Origin: Octopus vulgaris
Taxonomy: Eukaryota
Direction: 5' to 3'
Length of the DNA: 64,000 nt
NCBI GenBank assembly: GCA_951406725.2
Contig: OX597841.1
Coordinates: 620,001 to 684,000, forward strand
Shown: piece by piece, positions 1 through 10,395 of the stretch
Layout of the letters: each line of letters starts with the position of its first letter
Position numbering within the stretch: position 1 is the stretch's first letter
The notes under the pieces: generated by a model
What the model saw: only the letters and a program-made list of their open reading frames with translations
Database searches by the model: none
What the model was told of the DNA's origin: nothing
Made by a program: the position numbers and the translations under genes

Positions 1-122
1 AACCTGTGTTAAGATGTATAGCATAATAATCATGTTCAATGAAGATATAATGGTGAAAGCCTGGAAATGCTTTGGTCGTTTCAAGAAAATATCGTGAATA
101 GCTATATAGTGTTAAGAAACAG

Positions 123-196
<74 letters not shown>

Positions 197-869
197 TAGT
201 TGAGTGCGTAAAATGCTTTTGGTATATTACGTTTCTATAAAAAAAGAAATAGAAAGATATATTTAGAACATACCGAAATCCTTTCATTGAGAAATAATGT
301 GGAGCGGTTGAAGATAGGTCATCCCATGGAGAGCTTTTCAAATTTGCATGAGAGAACCAGCTTTCAAGGTTTGAATTTCGTCCATCGAAAATCATAGTCA
401 CAACAGAGGATTGTTTTTTATAAATCACCAGTTTCACCAGAAAAATAAAAGCAAACGTATAACAGACACGCACTCGCGCACGCACACATACCATCCCCAC
501 CCGCCCGCAAAAAATAAACAGACACAGAAAAATAAAATTTATTGATGGTTGTTAGTCTAATGTCCAGTCCACATTTAACTCATCATTTCTTTGACTGCAA
601 GGAATTAATAACATCTGTGCGTGTATATATATACACGAGTGAGCATACTAACGAAAGAAGGGCACTCAACAAATTTTTTGGGAGCCGCCAATCCCCAACG
701 CTTCACCATGCCAGTCTACCCGCTTACTTTTATCCTTTGTAAACAGGCATGCACACGTACACACACACACATATGTATGTATATATATATATATGTACAC
801 GAGCAAAACGCCCCCACCCCGTCCAAAGGACTGAGCTGTCAAACATTTCAACCGAATTTTCTCAAAGCA

Positions 870-1315
870 ATGTGCCATACCGTCCTATAGGCCTTCCCTT
901 TAAGAAACACTGATTTAACCTAAATTTGAGACACCAGCAAAAGAAGAAATAAAGATAGACTTTTTTCTATTCCAAAGAAAAACGATTTTATTCACACAAA
1001 TATGCAACCGAAGAGTTTAAATTACCAGTTATGATAAGGCTGCTGACTGGGAGAACACAGACATGGTTTAAACAGTAAGCATGGAAGGAAAGAAACGTGC
1101 CTTTAAGCAGTACAAAAACAACAAAAAATGGAAGGTGCAATTGACGGAAGAAAAGCAGGACAAAAATGGCTTTATCGATCGCACTCTCACCTGGAATCGA
1201 TTTTTGTAATTTTTTCAAGATTTATACACGCCCTGATACCGTCGGTATCTACATATCAAACTTCAGCCCAATCGGACGGAGGATGCCCGAGATCCTAGAA
1301 AACACACACAAACAC
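870..1315 (-). mobile_element. Non-autonomous Helitron-like repeat (mirror copy at ~38540-38990 +)
   Basis: The mirror copy starts tataatataaaatcgttctgtctgtgtg and ends ...gggCTAGT; no coding capacity. Confidence 0.4.
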
Positions 1316-1344
1316 ACAAACATATATATATATATATATATAAA

Positions 1345-1416
<72 letters not shown>

Positions 1417-1701
1417 ATTAATATAGGATAAAATTCTTTTCGGGAAAAATTTTTTTATCAATGGTCAGTATATCAAAAAATGTCTTTAACTGTAAAATTT
1501 ATACATAATTTATAACATAAGGGCAGAAGAAAAATTCTAATGACAAATATGCCGAAACAAAAAATTTTGTCGATAACCATTATAATTTAGAGATTTCTAT
1601 CGGTTTGTTTCGAGACGCATAAATTATAATGGTTATCGACAAAATGTTTTGTTTCGGCATATTTGGCATTAGAATTTTTCTTCTCCCCTTATCTTGTAAA
1701 T

Positions 1702-1787
<86 letters not shown>

Positions 1788-2166
1788 ATATTTAATGTAG
1801 GAAAAAAATTTTTTTCGAAAAAAGTTTTATCGATGGCCAGCATATTAAGAAATACTTTTAAAGGTAAAAATTATAAACAACTTATAAATAAAGGCAAACG
1901 AAAACATTTCTAATGCCAAATATGCCGAAAAATTGGACATATTTTCCATTACCATATAATTTACCCCAATACGCACGCTACTCGAAAAAAGCCGACAGAA
2001 ATTTCTAAAATAATTCCATTATTACCATATCGGACCGATTTCAGGGTTAGTTCTCCTTTATTTGTTTGCCACATGTATCACTGACGAAGGGAGGGTTCTT
2101 GCGAACTAACCAATTTTCGGCATATTTGGCATTATAATTTTTTTTTCATTTGCCCTTATTTGTAAG

Positions 2167-2203
<37 letters not shown>

Positions 2204-2280
2204 TTGAGTTGTGGGGTATCGCACGAGTGGGATTATATAAGAAAAAAGGTTTGAAAATGCAATTTAAACGATGTTTATTT

Positions 2281-2321
2281 ACTTAACCGGTTTCACTCTT
2301 TGGTAAAAGATTGTCAAAAGT
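2281..2321 (-). ncRNA. Minimal type-I hammerhead ribozyme variant in the pLTR (copies at 8110-8150 - and 8736-8776 +)
   Basis: ACTT-TTGACAA-TCTTT tacc AAAGA gt-GAAA-CCG-GTT-AAGT: stem I ACTT/AAGT, compensated U3-A8 core, palindromic ACCGGT stem III. Confidence 0.65.
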
Positions 2322-2849
2322 TACATTTAAGGAAACATTGAATAATATGGGTTCAAAAAAAGTTTTTTACATAATTGTCACATTGAATATTATGCATTCA
2401 AAAAAGTTTTTTACATAATTGTCACATTGGATATTATGAATTCAAAAATGTTTTTTTATACATAATTGTCACATTACATGTATAAATATAGTGTTTGGTA
2501 ACAGAGAAGTTCAATAGTGTGATGAGAATATTTGGGAAAATTTGGCAGAAAAGGATAAAACAAATATATTATTGGGAATTGGTTGCGTTAATTATTGGTT
2601 GTCGCAAATTGTCACATTACATGTATATATATACAATCTTTGGTATATATATACAGCGTTTTGACAGCAAAAATTAAAATGGATTTTTTGTACATCTCAG
2701 AATATTTTAAGTATGTTTTTACTGACCTGTCAGTATTAGCAGAAAGGCTGAACTGAGAGAACAGAAGAAGTAGCCAATGTGGTGTATACTTCCCCTTTAT
2801 GCATGAATGATTTTGGGGTTATCAGGAGGTTAGTATGCGGGTGTGAATA

Positions 2850-3107
2850 GATGTGTCCGTGCCTGCTGGTCAGATAGCGTCTGTTTGTCACACACATATA
2901 TATACACACAAACACACACACACACAACAACACACACACACACACACATAGTATACAAACACACACCACATACAAACAACACACACACACACAGAACACA
3001 CACACCCACACACAACGCACCCACATATATCACATATACACACAGCACACAAATATAACATGTATCTATATATAACATACACAGATATATAACACACATA
3101 CACACAC

Positions 3108-3138
<31 letters not shown>

Positions 3139-3942
3139 CACACGCACACATACATACATAATATAAATATCACACAAATACACCTAGCATATATATACAC
3201 ACATACAATACACACATACAGCATGTAAGCAATATACATACACAATATATGCATGCAATATACATACGCAATACATACATATAATATATATATATATAGA
3301 CAATGCATATACATATATACACATATACATATAAATAGTGTTTACATACACATACATAGATGTACCACATATACACACAACACACATACATACAATGCAT
3401 ACACATACACGTACGCATACATATAATATATATATACACACACACACATAACATACATACACACACAATGCATACATATATATACACGCAATGCATATAC
3501 ATGTATCCATGCATATATAGCACACCTACAATATACATATATACAGTGCACACATACACACAAATATATACACTTAATTGTACACGTACATATACAATAC
3601 ACATACATACAATATACATATACACAATGCGCATGCAAATAATGTACATGTTTATACACACATAAACATGCAAATAAATATACACACACACACATACACA
3701 CACACATATATATACACACATATATATATATATATATATACACACATACATACATACATACATGCACATACATATATTTTTTCACACACATACACACACA
3801 TATATATATATAAAAAATTCACCCCCCCCCACACACAAATTACAAACCTATAGCGTACACACTCAAATATATCTCTACATGCCGCACACACACACAAACA
3901 AAGTACTAACATATACACACATACCATGCATATACACACACA

Positions 3943-3989
<47 letters not shown>

Positions 3990-4225
3990 CAGATACATAT
4001 GTAAATACATACACACGTACACAATGCTCACACACACACACACACACACACATACACACACACCCGCACACAGTGCACACACACTCACACATATATACAC
4101 ACGTGCACACACACACACACACACAACGCGCGCACACACACATATACACACACACGCACACAGTGCACACACACACACACACACACACACACAACACTCA
4201 CACACATACATCACCTACATATATA
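2850..4225. repeat. Degenerate (CA)n/(TA)n tract inside the PLE 3' region
   Basis: Lies between the ORF2 stop and the 3' pLTR; absent from the empty site in copy C. Confidence 0.85.
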
Positions 4226-4379
4226 TAATGCATGCGTGTGCATGCCACGTATGTGTGCGGTCAATGCCCGCTAGTGTGTCCTATGCGTGCCGATGCGCGC
4301 ATGTGCCCGCCCGCACGATATGCTGTGAGCGTGCGCGCGTCCCTGTGTGCTTGCTCTGGATGTGCTTCCAGGGGGTATG

Positions 4380-6656
4380 TTAGAGTATGTTTAGTTGTGG
4401 TCTGTATTTTTGAATAAGATTACTTTCCTTATTTATTCGTGTTTGGTCTGTGGTGTTGTCCGAGCATTGGTATAGTGGGAAGACTAAGAATTTGGGGGAC
4501 TTATTGTGTGCACAAAGGTCTAAGTGTCCACTTAGTGGTATCTGTCTTGTGGAGGGGTCCCTCAGTTGTTGTCGGTGAACTGTCATTCTGTCTCTGAGCG
4601 TAAGGCTCGTTTGCCCTATGTAGTCTTCGTGGCATCCTTCACACCTTATGACGTAGAGTAAATTTTTTGATGCGCACGTGAAGTTATTTTTTATGATGAA
4701 TGTGTGTCCCGAGTGGAACTTGTACGACGATCCCTCAATGAGGTGGATGCAGGTCTTACAGTTGGGGCGACCACATTTTTTGATGGTGGGCGGTGGGTTT
4801 GTGTTGTGTAATTTTGCGTTGGTGAGGAGGTTTTTTAGGGATTTAGGTTGTCTCTTACTTTTTATTATTTTATGAGCTGCAAGTATTTTTTTCAGGCGTG
4901 GGTCTTGATTTAGTTGTGGAATGTTGTTGTATATAATAGTGTAAGCTTCTGCATTCCTTGGGTTGTGTGTTGAGAGATAAGGGAGGCTATTGACTGTACT
5001 GTGGATGTGTTTGGGTTTTCGAAGGTCTTGAATGTTGATTGATTTGGCCCGTTCTATTCCGTTGTCTACTAGTGATGCCGGGTAATGTCTTTCGAGAAGA
5101 ATTGCCCTTAGTTCCCGGAGTCTTCTATTTCGTGTTGTGTCATTTGAGACAATAGTGCAGATTCTTCTCGCTAGGTTGAAGGGGATATTTGTCTTTGTGT
5201 GTTTTGGGTGATTGGAGGTGAATAGAAGGTATTGTTTAGAGTCAGTGGGTTTGTAATGGATGTCAGTTTCAATGTTGACGCCTTTTTTAATAATTAGGAT
5301 GTCAAGAAAAGGGAGTTGGTCCTGACTATATTCCATTGTGAATTGAATGTTGTTATTTACACTGTTGATAAGGTTTTTGAAGTCTATAAGTTGGTCGAGT
5401 GTGTGGGACCATAGGATGAGGCAATCATCTAAGTAGCGTTTCCAGTTCTCCAACAGGTATTTGTGGAAAGACTGGCCGTACTTATATTTGGATTTTTCAT
5501 AGATATGTGATTCCAGGTAGGCCATCACCAGGTTTGCATAGGTAGGTGCAACTTTCGTACCCATTGCAGTTCCTGAGACCTGTCTGTAAGTGTTGTTGTG
5601 GAAATACATGAAGTTGTTTTGCAGAATAAATTTGAGGCCCTCAATTATGAATTCTTTTTTAATTCTTTCCGGGATCTCATTGGGATATTTATCCAGCCAG
5701 AATTTAATGGCTTCCAGTCCAAATTCATGTGGGATTGTGGTGTAAAGATTAATAACATCAAAAGAAACGATTAAGGTGTCTTTATCGGCATGTTTGGGGA
5801 GATGGTTTAATAGGTCCAGGTCATCTCTTACAATACTTGGAATGTGTTTCAGTATTGGCTTTAAGATGATATCTATAAAGTTGCTAAGTCTGTGTGTTTC
5901 ACAACTTGGGCCTGCCACTATTGGTCTCAGTTTGAGATCAGTGGGATGTGGTATAGTGATGCAGGTTGAAGTGGACTTTTTGCAAGCTTCTGTGATAATT
6001 TGACTCTTGTGTATTTTTGGAAGCCCATAGAGTGTGCTGGTTTTGCAATTAAATTTAGTAATGTAGTCGCATTCCTTTGCTGTCAAGTCATTCCGGTGTT
6101 GGTAAATGAGTGCCTTCAGATTGGTCATTGTTTTGGATTGCTGGTAGTCGACTACTCTTTCGTAGTATGTGGTATCCTCTAAAAGGAGAGATACAGAGTT
6201 TTTATATTGCTCAGTATTCATAACAACGACCGTACTACCCTTATCAGCTTCCTTTATTGTGACGTCATGATTGTCTCGTAGCGTATGGATGATTTCCCAT
6301 TCTCTTTTACTGGTGTTGGGTTTGAGTTTAGGTTGTGGGAGTTCACCATAAGGGAAGTTGGAGATGTAATCGCAAAATTTGTCTAAGGTTTTGTTTTTGC
6401 CTTTTATGGGATTATAGTTGCTTTTGTTACAGACCATTGATTCGTCGTTATTATTAGTTTTTCTGTCAAAAAATTCCTCTGTGAGGCGTAATTTTCTGCA
6501 AAAGTGCGAGATGTCATCCTGTATTTCCCTCAGGTTAGGGTATTGCGGAGTTGGGGTGAATTTTAGTCCTCTTGAAAGGATTTTTATTTGTGGTGTCGAC
6601 AGGTTTAGGTTAGAAAGATTCACTATTTTTGGTTTTTCGGGGTTGGTATCTACCAT
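4380..6656 (-). CDS. PLE reverse transcriptase + C-terminal GIY-YIG endonuclease (758 aa, uninterrupted)
   Basis: RT motifs YGLPKIHK, LRPIV, FDVINLYT, GTAMGTKVAPTYANL, RYLDD, LPFLD; Cys linker CGRPNCKTC; endonuclease NLLYVIRC...YIGQT...R...H. Confidence 0.95.
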   Translation of the reverse strand: MVDTNPEKPKIVNLSNLNLSTPQIKILSRGLKFTPTPQYPNLREIQDDISHFCRKLRLTEEFFDRKTNNNDESMVCNKSNYNPIKGKNKTLDKFCDYISNFPYGELPQPKLKPNTSKREWEIIHTLRDNHDVTIKEADKGSTVVVMNTEQYKNSVSLLLEDTTYYERVVDYQQSKTMTNLKALIYQHRNDLTAKECDYITKFNCKTSTLYGLPKIHKSQIITEACKKSTSTCITIPHPTDLKLRPIVAGPSCETHRLSNFIDIILKPILKHIPSIVRDDLDLLNHLPKHADKDTLIVSFDVINLYTTIPHEFGLEAIKFWLDKYPNEIPERIKKEFIIEGLKFILQNNFMYFHNNTYRQVSGTAMGTKVAPTYANLVMAYLESHIYEKSKYKYGQSFHKYLLENWKRYLDDCLILWSHTLDQLIDFKNLINSVNNNIQFTMEYSQDQLPFLDILIIKKGVNIETDIHYKPTDSKQYLLFTSNHPKHTKTNIPFNLARRICTIVSNDTTRNRRLRELRAILLERHYPASLVDNGIERAKSINIQDLRKPKHIHSTVNSLPYLSTHNPRNAEAYTIIYNNIPQLNQDPRLKKILAAHKIIKSKRQPKSLKNLLTNAKLHNTNPPPTIKKCGRPNCKTCIHLIEGSSYKFHSGHTFIIKNNFTCASKNLLYVIRCEGCHEDYIGQTSLTLRDRMTVHRQQLRDPSTRQIPLSGHLDLCAHNKSPKFLVFPLYQCSDNTTDQTRINKESNLIQKYRPQLNIL

Positions 6657-7993
6657 CTGGTGTCGTGGAAACTGATGCCCTTGCCTAAAAAAGGAATCCT
6701 GGGGGTTCTTCTATTTGCGGTATTTTGATGTATGTGATTCTGTTCCCCGTTGACATGTCTGTTGAAGAGGTTTTGGTTGTTGTGATTCTGTCCCCCGTTG
6801 CTATGTTGTCTGTTGAGGAGGTTTTGGTTGTTCCAGGGTCTGGGTTGTTGGTGTGGCCTCCTGGAAGAGTTTTGGTTATTCCAGGGTTTGGGTTGTTTGT
6901 CCTGGGTGTAATGTTGGTTCCTTAGAGTGGGTTGGAAACTATATTCATGGTTTAGAAGTGAATTCCTATATGTTGGGGGAGAACTCTGAGTTAGGAGCGG
7001 TTTGGGTTGGAATCTACAATCATAGTTCAGAGATGGGTTTCTAAGTGATGGGTAGGATCTCCGAATCTGGAACGGTTCTTGTGTGGGTTGGGGTCTACGT
7101 TGTCTGGTAAAGTTTTGTCGTGTGATGATGGGTGTCTCGGTTCTTTTGATGGGATTGTAGTGCTGTCTGTAAGTTCTGTTGTTGTTGTTGTCGATGTTAG
7201 GGGTGGTGTGTGTTCGGTGTTTTGTGGTTGGTTTTCTTTGTTTTTGGCGAGGAGTGTGAGTTGAAGTAGATATTTTAAAATATGGGTTGCTTGAAAGGTG
7301 TTCCTTTGTGAACTCTGTTTCATAATTGGTGAACCAGCTGTTTTTTTCCATTCGCTGGAGGGATGTTATTTCTTCATCCTCGCAGTTTTTTCTCCAGAGT
7401 TTGGTGGTTTCATCAAGGAGTGCTCCTTCACAGTGTTTTGAGATTTCAATCTGCATTTCATTGTCAAGGGTCTTGGATTTTTCTTCACTGGTGTTGGCTC
7501 TGAGCCGCAAGAGTTCTACTTCCGTTTTGAATTTTTCAAAAGCTAGTTTCTCCCTGAGGTTTTTTTGGTTTTCTGGTTCATTTTGGATGGGTTTTATTTG
7601 TAGTTTTCTGGGTAGGATGATAGGGGTGGAGTTGAGCCACTTTTCATAAATGTCAGCTTTGTTGTTATTTTTTATGAAATTCCAGAAGGCAAACTTACGC
7701 GCTTTGAGATTTTTACTCCAGGTGTTGTTAAGAGAGCTTTTAATTGAGAAGCAGTCTTTAGTTTGCTCCTGCTTTGGGAGCACTGCCGTCTCTATGGATT
7801 TCATTAGGTTTTGCAGTGTTGGGATGATGTCAGGGATTTGATTGGTTGTTTTGGCCTCCATGAGTCCATTTAGGTATAAGTGCGATTGTTCGACTTTGTT
7901 TATTATGGTTGAAAGTTTCGAGGAGATTTCTTGTAATTCTTTTAGGATATTTTGGTTCATTAAAGATTCTGCTTGTTGTGATTTGGGTGGCAT
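6650..7993 (-). CDS. PLE ORF1 (447 aa from ATG 7993): helical/coiled-coil-like N-terminus, Q/N/P/R-rich disordered C-terminus
   Basis: Long non-repetitive ORF inside the element; first ATG is MPPKSQQ (the track start at 8053 is GTG); overlaps ORF2 by 7 nt, with ORF2 in the -1 frame. Confidence 0.8.
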   Translation of the reverse strand: MPPKSQQAESLMNQNILKELQEISSKLSTIINKVEQSHLYLNGLMEAKTTNQIPDIIPTLQNLMKSIETAVLPKQEQTKDCFSIKSSLNNTWSKNLKARKFAFWNFIKNNNKADIYEKWLNSTPIILPRKLQIKPIQNEPENQKNLREKLAFEKFKTEVELLRLRANTSEEKSKTLDNEMQIEISKHCEGALLDETTKLWRKNCEDEEITSLQRMEKNSWFTNYETEFTKEHLSSNPYFKISTSTHTPRQKQRKPTTKHRTHTTPNIDNNNNRTYRQHYNPIKRTETPIITRQNFTRQRRPQPTQEPFQIRRSYPSLRNPSLNYDCRFQPKPLLTQSSPPTYRNSLLNHEYSFQPTLRNQHYTQDKQPKPWNNQNSSRRPHQQPRPWNNQNLLNRQHSNGGQNHNNQNLFNRHVNGEQNHIHQNTANRRTPRIPFLGKGISFHDTRW

Positions 7994-8815
7994 TTTCGGG
8001 ACTCGTGTGATGTTTATATATATATAAAAAAGTTGAGTTGTGGGGTATCGCACGAGTGGGATTATATAAGAAAAAAGGTTTGAAAATGCAATTTAAACGA
8101 TGTTTATTTACTTAACCGGTTTCACTCTTTGGTAAAAGATTGTCAAAAGTTACATTTAAGGAAACATTGAATAATATGGGTTCAAAAAAAGTTTTTTACA
8201 TAATTGTCACATTGAATATTATGCATTCAAAAAAGTTTTTCCCAAAATCATTCATGCATAAAGGGGAAGTATACACCACATTGGCTACTTCTTCTGTTCT
8301 CTCAGTTCAGCCTTTCTGCTAATACTGACAGGTCAGTAAAAACATACTTAAAATATTCTGAGATGTACAAAAAATCCATTTTAATTTTTGCTGTCAAAAC
8401 GCTGTATATATATACCAAAGATTGTATATATATACATGTAATGTGACAATTTGCGACAACCAATAATTAACGCAACCAATTCCCAATAATATATTTGTTT
8501 TATCCTTTTCTGCCAAATTTTCCCAAATATTCTCATCACACTATTGAACTTCTCTGTTACCAAACACTATATTTATACATGTAATGTGACAATTATGTAT
8601 AAAAAAACATTTTTGAATTCATAATATCCAATGTGACAATTATGTAAAAAACTTTTTTGAATGCATAATATTCAATGTGACAATTATGTAAAAAACTTTT
8701 TTGAACCCATATTATTCAATGTTTCCTTAAATGTAACTTTTGACAATCTTTTACCAAAGAGTGAAACCGGTTAAGTAAATAAACATCGTTTAAATTGCAT
8801 TTTCAAACCTTTTTT

Positions 8816-8853
<38 letters not shown>

Positions 8854-9725
8854 TATACATATTTGTGCATGCATAATGGCGTCGTATGTGAATGTGTGTG
8901 TATGTATATTGGTGTGGGCGTTTGTATTTATGCGTGTGTGTGTATGTACATATACGTCCACGTATATACATATATACGCATACAGAAACACATATATAAT
9001 AAATATGCATACACACTTATATATATATGTATACATACACATACAGGGTGCACTTGAATACCATTCGCGTGCTGGTGTATATGTACGTGTTTGCACGCGT
9101 GTACATATAGTAGTGTGGGTGGGCTTCTACAAGGGGTGTGGGTAAGCGGATGGACAGGAATGAACAAGCTTTAGGGACTGGTGATTGGCGGCCCTGCTCA
9201 TGGTGGTTGGCTGATGTCAGTGAGCGTGGTTTAGTCGGTGCATGGAAGCAGCTGGTTGCTAAGGTGGTATAATCGGGTTGCCGAGGCCAGTGGCTTGAAA
9301 TTTACCAGTAGGGCATATATACACGCACACACACACACACACATATATATGCGTGCGAGTGGATAGTCAAGTGAACCATGCGCGCGCGTGTATCATATGC
9401 CAGCTTAATTTAATTCGTCCTTAGTCGAAAGACACTTGTTGTTATGTCCTGTTATTTGTATTTGTGTAATCTTCTCCGTCTTTTCCGTCCTTGTTTTCGT
9501 ATACTTTCACTGCTTTCTTCCAAGGAATCTAATGCTCTTCGCATAGTTTTTTCCGAGGGGCTGGCCAGATTGGTGCAATCTCGAGTATAGCCAGACGAAA
9601 TTGCAAAGATAATCTGGAACTCGACTGCGGAAAGAAAACTCCGAATGACACGTCCTTGTTTTCTTTGTTCTCTCTTTCTTGTATCATATAACTGTCTGGA
9701 TGTTTTGCGTTCTTGTCCCATTTTG

Positions 9726-9795
<70 letters not shown>

Positions 9796-9797
<2 letters not shown>

Positions 9798-10264
9798 TAT
9801 AAATAAGGGCAAAAGAAAAAATATTTCTATGCTAATATGCTGAGAAGAGACTTTAAATCGCCAATTTCCACATTTCATTTTACATTCACTATAAATACAG
9901 GACGTGCTGGAATCAAGGAAAGCTAGCTAACAGAATTTTTTTTAAAAGTTCGTTATTTATGTATTGAATCAGTTTCGGGATTAATCTTGCTTATGCTTTT
10001 TTCCATGGGTTCTTGTAAATATTTCATTTATTTTTTATCGTATTTTCCCCATAAGAGGGAAGAATCAATAGGATTAATCCTGAAATTGATTCAATATAGA
10101 AATAACGAACTCTTAAAAAAAATTCTGTTAGCTAGCTGTCCTCAATTTCAGCACGAAGTGTATTTATAGTGAATGTAAAATGAAATGTGGAAATTGACGA
10201 CTTAAAGTCTCTTCTCAGCATATTGGCATAGAAATAATTTTTCTTTTGCCCTTGTTTATAAGTT
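9796..10264. repeat. Foldback: ~190-bp inverted arms with an ~85-bp spacer (mirror copy ~36270-36745)
   Basis: 9796-9987 is the near reverse complement of 10072-10264. Confidence 0.8.
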
Positions 10265-10354
10265 GTTTATAATTTTAACATTTAAAGGTAATTTGATATG
10301 CTGCCACCTTTGATAAAAATTTTTTCCTGAAAAAACTTTTATGCTATATTAGTA

Positions 10355-10391
<37 letters not shown>

Positions 10392-10395
<4 letters not shown>

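Larger units (their letters stand above)
2196..8819 (-). mobile_element. Full-length Penelope-like retroelement (GIY-YIG type) inserted in a (TA)n tract
   Basis: Contains ORF1 and an RT-endonuclease ORF. 3' pLTR at 2196-2817, partial direct pLTR copy at 8026-8240, inverted pLTR copy at 8241-8819. The paralogous site in copy C (37700-37739) is an empty (TA)n. Confidence 0.93.

Noticed and set aside
2078-2110. CTGACGA-AGGGAgggTTCTT-GCGAAC hammerhead-like piece (mirror at ~37800-37828)
   Set aside because: GAAA box, cleavage triplet and stem I are not recoverable; a relic at best.
2736-4417. Many ORFs of 60-360 aa rich in YI, CV, HT or poly-I (also 11761-12875, 49206-50909, 56380-57413, 60094-60833)
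   Set aside because: Translations of (TA)n, (CA)n, (TAA)n and (TATG)n microsatellites; not genes.
4678-8027. Short + strand ORFs over the PLE
   Set aside because: Antisense shadows of the two real minus-strand ORFs.
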